From Patescibacteria group bacterium (GTDB lineage: Bacteria > Patescibacteriota > Minisyncoccia > Phycocordibacterales > PALSA-1337): a stretch of DNA of 64,000 bases. Under the pieces are notes generated by a model. That model did no database searches. It saw only the letters and a program-made list of their open reading frames with translations, and was not told the DNA's origin. Where the stretch lies: positions 451,193 through 515,192 of the forward strand of contig JAZKDJ010000001.1 of NCBI GenBank assembly GCA_040387635.1, in the 5' to 3' direction. Positions 26,993 through 36,369 of this stretch are shown here, piece after piece (within the stretch, counting starts at the first letter, position 1; each line of letters starts with the position of its first letter). The position numbers and the translations under genes are program-made.

Positions 26993-27907
26993 ATGAAAAA
27001 ACTTTTAACCTGGATTGTCATTATTATCGTTCTCTTGATTGCAGGCTTCTATGTTTTGAATAGTTATATCTATAACGAAAAGCAGGGAGACCAACCTTCA
27101 GCTGCGTCACACAAGGACGCGACGTATGTCATTGATGGCAAGGTGGTGACGTTGAAGCAGGGAGTATCAGAAACCGAGGCTGCTCCAGGTTCTGCTTCGA
27201 AGATTGTTACGAGATATTATGGCAATGAGGTTAAGGCTGACTTTGATAATGATGGACGAGAAGACGTAGCCTTTCTTCTCACGCAGCAAACCGGCGGCAG
27301 TGGAGTTTTTTATTATGTCGTCGCGGCACTTAATAAAGAAAATGGATATATAGGATCTCAGGGATTACTTCTAGGTGATCGCATCGCTCCGCAGACAACT
27401 GAATTGAACGATAGTAAGCTTATCGTTGTTAATTATGCAGATCGGAAAGCTGGAGAAGATTTTAGTGTTCAGCCTTCTGTCTCCAAGTCGCTGCAACTTT
27501 TCCTTGATACGACCTCAATGCAATTTGGTGAAGTTCAAAAAGATTTCGAAGGTGAAGCAGATCCTTTGAAAATGACACTAGGTATGAAGAGTTGGAGATG
27601 GATCAATGTTACCTATGGTGACGGTACAAGCATTAAGCCAAAGCAGGCGTTGGCATTCACGCTAGACTTCAATAGTGATGGAACATTTTCTGCAACCACG
27701 GATTGCAACAGGCTAGCAGGAAAATTTGTGGCAAAGGATGGTGCAATCAAATTTTCAGAAATGATATCAACTAAGATGTTCTGCGAAGGTTCCCAGGAAG
27801 CTGATTTTCAAAAGGTTTTGGAGAGAGCAGCTGGCTATATGTTCACATCGAAAGGGGAGTTAGTGCTTGATCTTGAACGAGATAGTGGATCGGCGGTGTT
27901 TAAGTAA
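26993..27907 (+). CDS. secreted/anchored protein with C-terminal META (HslJ-like) domain
   Basis: N-terminal TM or signal. C-terminus has FTLDFNSDGTFSATTDCNRLAGKF ... MISTKMFCEG ... FQKVLERA. Confidence 0.6.
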   Translation: MKKLLTWIVIIIVLLIAGFYVLNSYIYNEKQGDQPSAASHKDATYVIDGKVVTLKQGVSETEAAPGSASKIVTRYYGNEVKADFDNDGREDVAFLLTQQTGGSGVFYYVVAALNKENGYIGSQGLLLGDRIAPQTTELNDSKLIVVNYADRKAGEDFSVQPSVSKSLQLFLDTTSMQFGEVQKDFEGEADPLKMTLGMKSWRWINVTYGDGTSIKPKQALAFTLDFNSDGTFSATTDCNRLAGKFVAKDGAIKFSEMISTKMFCEGSQEADFQKVLERAAGYMFTSKGELVLDLERDSGSAVFK

Positions 27908-28006
27908 AAATTAAATAACATCAAAATAAAAAAAGCGCTGCGATGATGTCATGGCAGTGCTTCGTCGTTATTGTCTGAAAATGTTTGCCTCAGGTTAGAG
28001 GGTAGT

Positions 28007-28753
28007 TTACGATTTCATTCGTAACAAGTTGTGTGATCCTTTTGAGCTAAGGAACGGGAGCTTCTTGCTCTTGGGCTTGTCGCTCGGCGCAACAGCAGGG
28101 ATCTTCTTGTTTTCAACGGTGAACTCGTCGCCGTTGACGCTGCCTGCGAAATACGAATGCAGGAACAGTTTGTATTTGCCGGTGGCGACAGTTCTGGGAA
28201 TCTTCACCACTTTCTTGCCGAGGACCGTAGACACGGTTCCAAGGCGAGCGTAGCCATCAGGTCCTGCACCATCGCCCACGAGGTAGATCGTGTAGTGATC
28301 GCTGCTCATGATTGGATCATTCCAAGTCATTCTCACCATGCCGCCAGCTTTTATGATTTGCCCTTCGGAGGGTGATGTCATGCCGGACATGATCTTGATC
28401 ATAGGTCCCGTTGCCGAGACTTCTACACCTGCGTCGTTTGTGCCTGTCACGTGGAGGCGATAGTAGCCGGTGTTGAGTTCAAGCGGGAGAGTCCAGCCTG
28501 TGCCGCTCACTCCACCTTGGACGATCGGAATGTCCGGCAGTTCTTCTGGCGGACAAGTGACGTCTTCGGGCAACAACTTAATGGTCGTTGTTCCTGAGCA
28601 CCCCGTCACTGTGTAAGAGATGATAACCATCTCTCCTCCGCGCCAGACCTGGTCGGTTTGGGGAGGTGGAGTAAGTAATTCGATTGAGGCGATCGCGGCG
28701 TGTGTTTTAACAACACAAGCCAAGATAGCAAAGGTGAGGAGTAGTTTCTTCAT
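28007..28753 (-). CDS. secreted hypothetical protein (beta-rich)
   Basis: Signal peptide MKKLLLTFAILACVVKTHA. G+C-richer than its neighbours. Confidence 0.55.
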   Translation of the reverse strand: MKKLLLTFAILACVVKTHAAIASIELLTPPPQTDQVWRGGEMVIISYTVTGCSGTTTIKLLPEDVTCPPEELPDIPIVQGGVSGTGWTLPLELNTGYYRLHVTGTNDAGVEVSATGPMIKIMSGMTSPSEGQIIKAGGMVRMTWNDPIMSSDHYTIYLVGDGAGPDGYARLGTVSTVLGKKVVKIPRTVATGKYKLFLHSYFAGSVNGDEFTVENKKIPAVAPSDKPKSKKLPFLSSKGSHNLLRMKS

Positions 28754-28860
28754 AGTAACCTTAGGTTGTAATGTGCAGGAATGCAGAGAGAGGATCTGTT
28801 TTTAGAGTAAAACAGTTTTGCCTTAAAGTCAACAAAACTGTGGATGAGGAAAAGGTATGA

Positions 28861-28886
28861 AAAACGCTCCCGTCTGGAAGGGAGCG
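28861..28886 (-). terminator. hairpin with U-run on the minus strand
   Basis: Stem CGCTCCC-GTCTGGAA-GGGAGCG. On the minus strand it is followed by UUUUU. Confidence 0.55.
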
Positions 28887-28889
28887 TGG

Positions 28890-29300
28890 CAATTTTATTC
28901 TCAACAAAGGTTGCCATCTCCTTTGCCTATGTACCCCTATCTTCCATTAAAATGGACCCTCGGGAATACTCGATGACTGAACTATGAGCGAACACTGGTA
29001 ACTATGCATGACCAGGTGCACAGCCACTAGTTTGCGTACCGTGCCCGCTGGACTAAGTAGATCAAAATGATGCAGGAGAGTCAATTGTGGATGCAGTGCT
29101 GGTGGGTTGTTTCCGACCAACCTTTCGACAACTGGAACCGAAATAGCTACTCTGGTACGCACAGCGCAGCTAGACGTTATCTTACGGAATCTTCACCTAC
29201 ACAGCTGATAAGGTACATCCGCACGATATTCCAAGAACCTAATGACGGCTCTCGCGTTTTACGTTCCTAACGCCAGGGCACCAGCCAAAGCATCCATTTA
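28890..29300 (-). ncRNA. large structured RNA candidate, class unknown
   Basis: About 400 nt without a credible ORF in a 630-nt divergent spacer. Visibly more G+C-rich than other spacers. Long-range complementary pairs GCGTACC/GGTACGC and GTGCCC/GGGCAC. The strand is inferred only from the terminator. Confidence 0.3.
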
Positions 29301-29383
29301 GCAGTATAGATAAAATGGTTGTTTGTGCAATGAGAGAGCTAAATTTAATTAGTAATTAAAATATGAACTGATATACTTCGAAC

Positions 29384-30328
29384 ATGAATGAAGAAACACC
29401 TAATGTAAACGCCAAAGGCTTTTTGGAGACCGATGGACACCAGATTTATTGGGAAGATTGGGGAAATCCAAAAGCTCCGCCTGTCTTTTTTATTCATGGC
29501 GGCCCGGGAGGAGGGTTTTGCGACAGAGATAAGCTTCTGTTTAATCCTGCTCTGCATAGAGTGATATTCCATGATCAGCGTGGAAGCGGTAAAAGCATTC
29601 CTTTTGCTGATACAAAGAACAATACGACTCAGGGACTTGTTGGAGATATAGAAATTTTGCGAAAACACTTAGGAATCGAAAAGATGTATGTTGTCGGCGG
29701 TTCGTGGGGATCAGCGCTCTCACTCTTTTATGCTATAGCTCACCCTGAACGTGTGAAGAGACTTCTTGTGTGGGGACTTTTTCTTGCGCGACAATTTGAA
29801 ATTGATTTCGTGAATGAAGGATATCCGAGATACTTTTTTACTGAAGCATGGGAACGCTTTATTGCATTAGTGCCCGAAGAGTATCGAAAGACAGGGGATA
29901 ATGTTATGGGGTACTACTCCAAGATGATGAATTCTCAGGATGAGACGGAAGCTAGGAAATTTGCAGATGAGTGGACTCTTTATGAGATCAGCCTTTGTTC
30001 AATCAATTATAATCCTGCGGCTTTGGAGAAAGACGTCATGGGAGACAAGGGGAATATTGCGATAGCTAGAATTGAGACTCACTTTTTCCTTAACAAATGT
30101 TTTGTTCCAGAAAATTACATTTTGGATAATGTTCATAAAATTCAGCATATTCCATGTACCTTGATCCAAGGGCGTTTCGATATGTGCACACCTCCGATTT
30201 CAACTCATGATCTTAAGCGAAAGTATGGAGACAATCTATCTCTAACTCTCGTGAATTCCGGACATCTTTCATCTGATCCAGAATTAGGTTCCGCGCTGAG
30301 AATGGCGATTACTGATTTGTTGGTTTAG
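29384..30328 (+). CDS. pip: prolyl aminopeptidase (alpha/beta hydrolase)
   Basis: HGGPGGG oxyanion loop, nucleophile elbow GGSWGS and C-terminal SGH. Confidence 0.85.
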   Translation: MNEETPNVNAKGFLETDGHQIYWEDWGNPKAPPVFFIHGGPGGGFCDRDKLLFNPALHRVIFHDQRGSGKSIPFADTKNNTTQGLVGDIEILRKHLGIEKMYVVGGSWGSALSLFYAIAHPERVKRLLVWGLFLARQFEIDFVNEGYPRYFFTEAWERFIALVPEEYRKTGDNVMGYYSKMMNSQDETEARKFADEWTLYEISLCSINYNPAALEKDVMGDKGNIAIARIETHFFLNKCFVPENYILDNVHKIQHIPCTLIQGRFDMCTPPISTHDLKRKYGDNLSLTLVNSGHLSSDPELGSALRMAITDLLV

Positions 30329-30334
30329 TTAAAT

Positions 30335-31264
30335 TTGCAACGTATGGAACAGCCAACAGAAACCACTGAACTCAAAGCCAACATTCAAAGAATACTTGGC
30401 AAAGAAATTACTGAGTTAACTCTCAAAGGAAAAGGTGAATGCAATTACGCTTTTTATGCTGAATCGAGTGATGGTGATAAATACATTATAAAACAAGAGA
30501 GGGAACAAAAGCTGACTGAAGATCAGAATGATTTGGTTGTTGAGGGTAATCTTATAAAAAGATTATACGACGCGAATGTTTCTGTTCATGTACCTCGTGT
30601 AATTTTCGTAGAAGAAAATCCAAAGCTCTATTGTTATGAATATATAGAAGGTGATTTGATGCGAGGAGTGTGGCCATCACTCTCAGAAGAAGAAAGAATT
30701 AGTATATGTCGTGATCTTGGACGATTCCATGCCGAAATTGGTATGAAGTTTACCAAAGAGATGTCTCAAGAAAGTGGTATCGATATTAATCCATCTACAG
30801 GTCAGCATCCTAAGGTTATTGAGCAATACAATAAGTGGATTGCTGATCCGGCATTACCTGAGGATGTTATAGATCTTGTAAAAAGAGCCGAGCAGATTTT
30901 CGATGGAACCTCAGACAAGTCGGTATTTCAATTTCTTCACAACGACGGTCACCATGAAAACATTATTGTTAAAGACAAAAAGATCTCAGGAATTATTGAT
31001 TTTGGAGATTCTGAATACGGTGAAGTAGCAAAAGAATTTTCTCGTTACATCAGAGACTATCCTCTCTACTTTCATTATATTGTTGATGAGTATGAAAAAG
31101 TTTCAGGAAATAAGCTCTCTTATGAACGTTTGGTAAACAATGCGCTTGTGTCTGGTTTCAATGAAATCGCTGAAGATTATCTTAAGGGAGGGGAAGATCG
31201 GAAGAGAGCTGAAGAGGCAATTGAGATGTATAGGAGACTAAATAGTAAAACAGCTTTTCTATAG
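30335..31264 (+). CDS. aminoglycoside-phosphotransferase-like kinase (APH family)
   Basis: FLHNDGHHENIIV (catalytic loop) and IIDFGDS (DFG-like). Confidence 0.7.
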   Translation: MQRMEQPTETTELKANIQRILGKEITELTLKGKGECNYAFYAESSDGDKYIIKQEREQKLTEDQNDLVVEGNLIKRLYDANVSVHVPRVIFVEENPKLYCYEYIEGDLMRGVWPSLSEEERISICRDLGRFHAEIGMKFTKEMSQESGIDINPSTGQHPKVIEQYNKWIADPALPEDVIDLVKRAEQIFDGTSDKSVFQFLHNDGHHENIIVKDKKISGIIDFGDSEYGEVAKEFSRYIRDYPLYFHYIVDEYEKVSGNKLSYERLVNNALVSGFNEIAEDYLKGGEDRKRAEEAIEMYRRLNSKTAFL

Positions 31265-31357
31265 CTAAAATTCATGTACTGATGCGATCATGAGGGTAGC
31301 GCCTTTTCTATAGTTTTTGTATTTATTATAATGATTGGTGCTAAGCCATAAACCAAC

Positions 31358-32272
31358 ATGAACCGCGGAGATTTGCTCAAACTTATTGCCGTCACGGTCG
31401 TTGTAACTATCGCCACAACTCTTGTTGTCGGGATTGGATTTTTGAGATGGACGAGAAACAATCCAACTTTTCTTGCTGTGCCAACACCTACCACACCAAC
31501 GCCGACTACACCTGGAGTAACGACATCCCCAAGGCTGCTTTCTCAAAGTGAGTCATTGGTGGTAAATACAGTAAAGAAAGCAAATCCTGCTGTGGTTGCT
31601 ATTACTGTTTCAAAAGATATTCCGGTCTACGAAAGATATCTCCAAAGAGTTCCGAATCCTCTCGGTGGTTTATTTGGAGGCGACTTCTTTAATATTCAAC
31701 AGTTGAGACAGAGGGGAACTGTTAAGCGAGAGGTGGGAGGAGGTTCTGGATTCCTGATTTCAGCTGACGGATATATTGTGACCAACAGACATGTCGTCGA
31801 TGATGAAACTGCCGAGTACACAGTTTTCACTAACGATGGAAAAAAGTACCCAGCACGAGTGATTGTTCAAGATCCCGGTCTTGATTTAGCAGTCGTCAAA
31901 ATTGAAGGTGTAGAATTTCCATATCTTCCATTTGGAAATTCAGATCAATTGGAAGTGGGACAAACTGTTATTGCAATTGGTAATGCACTCGCTGAGTTCA
32001 GGAATACGGTATCGGCAGGAATTATTTCCGGTCTGTCACGCTCTATTGTTGCTTCCGACATATCGGGTAATCCCGAACAACTTGATCAACTCATTCAAAC
32101 CGATGCCGCTATCAACCAAGGAAATTCTGGCGGCCCGCTCCTAAATCTTAATGGCGAAGTGATTGGTGTGAATGTTGCTATAGCAAGCGGCGCCGAGAAT
32201 ATCGGTTTTGCTCTAAGTTCGAATAGCGTTAAAAGCATTGTTGATTCAATCAAGAGTGGAGGAGTTCAGTAG
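31358..32272 (+). CDS. trypsin-like serine protease (HtrA/S1C type, no PDZ domain)
   Basis: TNRHVV (His), DLAVVKI (Asp), GNSGGPLLNLNGEVIGVN (Ser). N-terminal TM plus a Thr/Pro linker. Confidence 0.8.
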   Translation: MNRGDLLKLIAVTVVVTIATTLVVGIGFLRWTRNNPTFLAVPTPTTPTPTTPGVTTSPRLLSQSESLVVNTVKKANPAVVAITVSKDIPVYERYLQRVPNPLGGLFGGDFFNIQQLRQRGTVKREVGGGSGFLISADGYIVTNRHVVDDETAEYTVFTNDGKKYPARVIVQDPGLDLAVVKIEGVEFPYLPFGNSDQLEVGQTVIAIGNALAEFRNTVSAGIISGLSRSIVASDISGNPEQLDQLIQTDAAINQGNSGGPLLNLNGEVIGVNVAIASGAENIGFALSSNSVKSIVDSIKSGGVQ

Positions 32273-32327
32273 GAACCGGCGAGATAACGTTTTGCTTTAT
32301 GTGTACACTAAAGGGTAAAATTACCAG

Positions 32328-33449
32328 ATGAAAAAACTATTCCTCCTTATGGTGTTTGGTTTCTTGGCATTGCAGCCCATGGAAACTTTTGCTCAAGAAG
32401 CTGTTCTAATCCAGGACAAAATTGAGATTGTGAAAGCGAAAGTAATAGAGGTAGTTGACCAAGAGAAGAGAGAGGTTCCAGGAACTGATGTAGAGAGTAT
32501 TTACCAAACCATCAAAGTTGAAATACTCGAGGGTGAGAAGAAAGGGGAAGTGATTACACTCGAGAATGATTTTTTGGTGCTCAAAGCAGGTGATAGATTT
32601 TTCCTTCATCACAGCACTGATGGTATGACCGGCAAAGAAATGTACTCAGTCAGAGATAAAGATCGCCGCGGAGTGATGCTCGCATTCGTTGCACTATTTG
32701 TCGCTGTTGTGATTATCTTTTCAGGAAAACAGGGACTACGATCAATTCTCAGTTTGGCAGGAAGCTTCTTTGTGATTCTGTATGTCCTCGTCCCGACGCT
32801 TCTCCAAGGCTATCCACCAGTGCTTACAAGCATCGTCATAGCTGCTGTTATTCTTTTCTTGGCAATTTTCCTTACGCATGGCTTCAACAAGGAATCGACG
32901 GTGGCTTTCAGTGGTACAGTAATAGCGGTGATCCTGACGGGAGTGCTTGCGTACCTTGGAGTAAAGTTCGCCGGCCTAACAGGCTTTGCTTCGGAAGAAG
33001 CTGTTTATCTCAACTTCAATACTCGGGGTGCTCTTGATTTTGCAGGTCTGCTTCTAGGTGGAATTATGATCGGAGTGCTTGGAGTTCTCGATGATATCGC
33101 TGTAACACAAGCAGCAGTCGTGAGTGAACTTTATAATTCAGGATCCAATCTTACAGGCAGGGAGATCTACAAGAAAGCTTTGAGAGTTGGTAAAGAGCAC
33201 GTTGGAGCGCTCGTTAACACATTGGCACTCGCGTACACAGGAGCGTCTCTTCCGTTGCTGTTGCTTTTCTCAACATCAGATTCTTCTATTGCGAGTATCA
33301 TCAACCAAGAAATTTTTGCCACAGAGATTATCCGAACTGTCGTTGGAAGTATCGGTCTCATACTAACCGTGCCCATCACTACTTTGCTGGCCGTCTATTT
33401 ACTGAAAGGGTACAAGGGCAAGCATCACGGACATAACCATAGTCATTAA
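32328..33449 (+). CDS. YibE/F-family membrane protein
   Basis: Signal sequence, N-terminal soluble domain, then a multi-TM region with GVLDDIAVTQA. Confidence 0.7.
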   Translation: MKKLFLLMVFGFLALQPMETFAQEAVLIQDKIEIVKAKVIEVVDQEKREVPGTDVESIYQTIKVEILEGEKKGEVITLENDFLVLKAGDRFFLHHSTDGMTGKEMYSVRDKDRRGVMLAFVALFVAVVIIFSGKQGLRSILSLAGSFFVILYVLVPTLLQGYPPVLTSIVIAAVILFLAIFLTHGFNKESTVAFSGTVIAVILTGVLAYLGVKFAGLTGFASEEAVYLNFNTRGALDFAGLLLGGIMIGVLGVLDDIAVTQAAVVSELYNSGSNLTGREIYKKALRVGKEHVGALVNTLALAYTGASLPLLLLFSTSDSSIASIINQEIFATEIIRTVVGSIGLILTVPITTLLAVYLLKGYKGKHHGHNHSH

Positions 33450-33561
33450 GAAACAATGAAGACAATTTAGTCAGTGATTTGTCAAATACTCTGCTATACT
33501 TATAATGAGATACGAAGTTAGATAAGCAGACTAAGTTTACTACTATAACCACTTCACCATT

Positions 33562-33927
33562 ATGGATTCAACAACTTCACCGAGCACCAAGCCTTTATAT
33601 CGAGGTACGCAGATCGTTTGGTATATTCTTGGCCTTCTCGAAATCTTGCTCGCGTTTCGTTTCGTACTAAAACTTTTTGGTGCCAACCCTGCAGCTGGAT
33701 TTACAAGCTTCATATATTCTATATCTCATATTTTTGCCGCTCCGTTTCTAAATGTGTTTGGCATTACCCAAGTTGGAGCAAGTAGATTTGAATGGACGAC
33801 GCTTTTGGCAATGCTCGTCTACTGGGTTATCGCTTTGGGAATCATCAAGATTTTCCTTATGAGCAAAACAGTTTCAACTCCTGAGGCTGCAGCTAAGTTG
33901 AACAATCAAGAGAACAAAGTAGATTAG
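33562..33927 (+). CDS. YGGT-like small membrane protein
   Basis: QIVWYILGLLEILLAFRFVLKLFGANP pattern. Confidence 0.45.
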   Translation: MDSTTSPSTKPLYRGTQIVWYILGLLEILLAFRFVLKLFGANPAAGFTSFIYSISHIFAAPFLNVFGITQVGASRFEWTTLLAMLVYWVIALGIIKIFLMSKTVSTPEAAAKLNNQENKVD

Positions 33928-33982
33928 GTTGATCGCGTACTCTTTAATTTAAATTTAACAAGCAAAGGGTTATAATTGGCGT

Positions 33983-34201
33983 ATGAAAACAATCATCGCA
34001 ATAATAATCGTCGTTTTGCTTGTTATTTATTTCTACCCTAAGCAATATATTTCTTCACCAGGTTTCGTCACTCAGGAAATGCATGCAGAATTTGAGAGAA
34101 CAAAACCTAAGTGTCTCGGCTTCAGCTATCTAACTAATGCAGAACAGATGGCTGCTGATGCACCAGGGGAGAGCTTGTGCTTTGGTTGGTTAGCAAAATA
34201 A
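33983..34201 (+). CDS. small membrane protein
   Basis: 72 aa with an N-terminal TM helix. Confidence 0.35.
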   Translation: MKTIIAIIIVVLLVIYFYPKQYISSPGFVTQEMHAEFERTKPKCLGFSYLTNAEQMAADAPGESLCFGWLAK

Positions 34202-34203
34202 AT

Positions 34204-35064
34204 ATGAAACTTACATTCTTCAAAACATTTCTCACTATAGCCGCAGCTGTTTTTCTGGGTGCTTCCTTTAATGGTGCAAATGCAACTGTAGGAGGAGCTA
34301 CGTTTGTGTACGATATTAAATATGATGCAAAAACAGGGACTGTCTATTACACCGAACAGAACGAAGGTGGAAAGGGATGTCCGCCGGAGCTTAAGGCAAT
34401 CTCACTTAAGGATAATACGACGAAGGTTATCTATTCTTGCGATGATGGAATAAATGAATCGCAGAGTGGGGGACAGAGCCAGGCAGAAAAGATAAGCACC
34501 TACACTCAGGATTTTACGTATCTTCAACCAGTCAACCTGAAGAAAAATAACATTAGTATCTCTACTAGTGTTACAGGCGAGGAGAAGCTTCAGGAGGGGG
34601 ATACTGATTATGTCATTAAGACTAATTTCGTTGCCGATATTTTCCAAAACAATGCAAAGAAAGCATCTCTTCCATTTTCAGGATGCAGTGCGGATCAGCC
34701 GTTAGTTGTTGATGGATATAGAGTTCCAGGAGTCTCAGATAAACTTCTATTTTTGCTCTCACGAAAAAGTGATTGCTTCGAGGGAGGGTATATTGGCGAA
34801 ACATTACACCTTGTGTCAGGAATTAATATAGCCAATGCAACGGATGTGAGTGCATACAAAGGCCAGTCTGCGCTTGTGCCGCATGCAGGAAGTTTGGTTG
34901 TATATACTGCGAAACCGGCAGCTCCAGCTGAACCAGCTCCACAGACACCTACAGGAAATTCTGCAGGAAGTTATTCCATGGCGAGGATCATTCAGATTGC
35001 TGCGATCGCATTCGTTGTGGGTGTGTTAGTAGGAAGGCTTACGGTTGTTAAGAAAGTTTCTTAA
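34204..35064 (+). CDS. secreted protein with C-terminal TM anchor
   Basis: Signal peptide MKLTFFKTFLTIAAAVFLGAS, Pro/Ala linker and terminal helix IAAIAFVVGVLVG. The ATG at 34204 is preferred. Confidence 0.5.
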   Translation: MKLTFFKTFLTIAAAVFLGASFNGANATVGGATFVYDIKYDAKTGTVYYTEQNEGGKGCPPELKAISLKDNTTKVIYSCDDGINESQSGGQSQAEKISTYTQDFTYLQPVNLKKNNISISTSVTGEEKLQEGDTDYVIKTNFVADIFQNNAKKASLPFSGCSADQPLVVDGYRVPGVSDKLLFLLSRKSDCFEGGYIGETLHLVSGINIANATDVSAYKGQSALVPHAGSLVVYTAKPAAPAEPAPQTPTGNSAGSYSMARIIQIAAIAFVVGVLVGRLTVVKKVS

Positions 35065-35102
35065 ATAGTTTTCACCGGTCTTATTTTAGGATAATTTAAT
35101 GT

Positions 35103-35132
35103 TTGACAAATAATACCCCCTGGGGGTATTAT
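35103..35132 (+). promoter_or_regulatory. promoter with overlapping CsoR-type operator
   Basis: TTGACA (35103-35108), 18-nt spacer, TATTAT (35127-35132). Palindrome ATACCCCCTGGGGGTAT (35113-35129) fills the spacer. The ATG at 35139 is only 7 nt downstream of the -10 box. Confidence 0.7.
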
Positions 35133-35138
35133 CGTCAT

Positions 35139-35408
35139 ATGAGAGAAGACATCAAGCACAAGGTAATACGACGGCTAAAAATAGTAGAGGGCCAAATGAG
35201 AGGCCTTCAGGGTATGGTGGCAAGCGAGGAATACTGTATAGACATAATCACGCAAGCCTCAGCCATCAAGGAAGCCCTGTCAGGGATAGAAGGTTTAATA
35301 TTGGAGAACCATCTTTCTACCCATGTCATTAATCAAATGAAGCAGGGAGAGAACAAGAAGATGGTAAGCGAGATCCTTAAGGTTTATAAGCTCAACCGCA
35401 AAAAATAA
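35139..35408 (+). CDS. csoR: CsoR/RcnR-family metal-sensing repressor
   Basis: RLKIVEGQMRGLQGMV ... YCIDIITQASAIKEAL ... LENHL (Cys-His-Cys-type ligand positions). Confidence 0.8.
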   Translation: MREDIKHKVIRRLKIVEGQMRGLQGMVASEEYCIDIITQASAIKEALSGIEGLILENHLSTHVINQMKQGENKKMVSEILKVYKLNRKK

Positions 35409-35411
35409 TCT

Positions 35412-35933
35412 ATGGAAATGCATGAAGATAAAGGATTAGGAAAACTTACATTGAAAAGCTACATGCCGCTCATTGTGGTTATTTCAGTCATTCTTCTTGT
35501 TACTCTTGCGATTTCGATTCGAGATAGTGCAGCTGGTATGTTCAGTCTCGGAGCAACATTGTCATACTTCATGATTGGTTTCTTCCTGACGTTTGCAACA
35601 TTCAAGCTTATGGACTTGAAGGGCTTCGCGGAAGGGTACAGTACATACGACCTTTTGGCATCGCGCGCACCTTGGTATGGATATGTGTATCCATTTATTG
35701 AATTGTTTTTCGGATTAGCAATGATTCTTGCTCCTTTCTCAATGCCGCTTCTGATAGTGGAGTTGGTTGTGATGTTGTTTAGTGGACTCGGTGTAGCTAT
35801 TAAACTCGCCAAGAGAGAAGAGTTTGTCTGTGCTTGTTTAGGTACGTTTCTTAAGGTTCCTCTGACGAAAGTTACACTCATCGAAAATTTTGGAATGGCC
35901 GCGCTCGCATTAATAATGTTACTTATTAAATAA
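35412..35933 (+). CDS. MauE/DoxX-like membrane protein
   Basis: Four TM helices and C-terminal FVCACLGTFLKVPLT. Confidence 0.6.
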   Translation: MEMHEDKGLGKLTLKSYMPLIVVISVILLVTLAISIRDSAAGMFSLGATLSYFMIGFFLTFATFKLMDLKGFAEGYSTYDLLASRAPWYGYVYPFIELFFGLAMILAPFSMPLLIVELVVMLFSGLGVAIKLAKREEFVCACLGTFLKVPLTKVTLIENFGMAALALIMLLIK

Positions 35934-35939
35934 ACATCT

Positions 35940-36347
35940 ATGCAAAAGAACACAGCAATCCTTCTTATAATTCTCGCGCTTATCATCGGTCATGCAGCTG
36001 GATACTATGTAGGAACAAATAATCCTCATGATAGAAACATGTCACAAGATGTACCTGCAAAAACGGATGGAACAATGGAGGATACTATGTCTGGAATGAC
36101 GTCAGGACTCGAGGGTAAAACAGGCGATAAGTTTGATAAGGCTTTCATCACAGGAATGATTGTTCATCACGAAGGAGCTGTAGCAATGGCTCAGTCAGCA
36201 CTCCAGAATGCAAAGCATGAAGAAATAAAGAAAATGGCACAAGCCATCATCACAGCTCAGACCAATGAGATCACTCAAATGAAAGCATGGCTCAAAGCGT
36301 GGTATGGTATCGAGGCGGTAGATGGCGCCCATCACATGGAGCAATAA
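35940..36347 (+). CDS. DUF305-family metal-associated protein
   Basis: DKAFITGMIVHHEGAVAMA ... MAQAIITAQTNEITQMKAWL. Confidence 0.75.
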   Translation: MQKNTAILLIILALIIGHAAGYYVGTNNPHDRNMSQDVPAKTDGTMEDTMSGMTSGLEGKTGDKFDKAFITGMIVHHEGAVAMAQSALQNAKHEEIKKMAQAIITAQTNEITQMKAWLKAWYGIEAVDGAHHMEQ

Positions 36348-36369
36348 ATAACGCATTAAAATTAATTAT

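Noticed and set aside
28855-29330. RNase P RNA or tmRNA identity for the large structured region
   Set aside because: Neither strand shows GGAAAGUCC / ACAGAA (the RNase P P4 strands). Neither shows a GGUUCGAAUCC-type T-arm with a 3' CCA or a convincing tag ORF (tmRNA). The class is left open.
35459-35986. 175-aa minus-strand ORF
   Set aside because: It is antisense to the MauE-like gene within a tightly packed plus-strand operon and has no motif.
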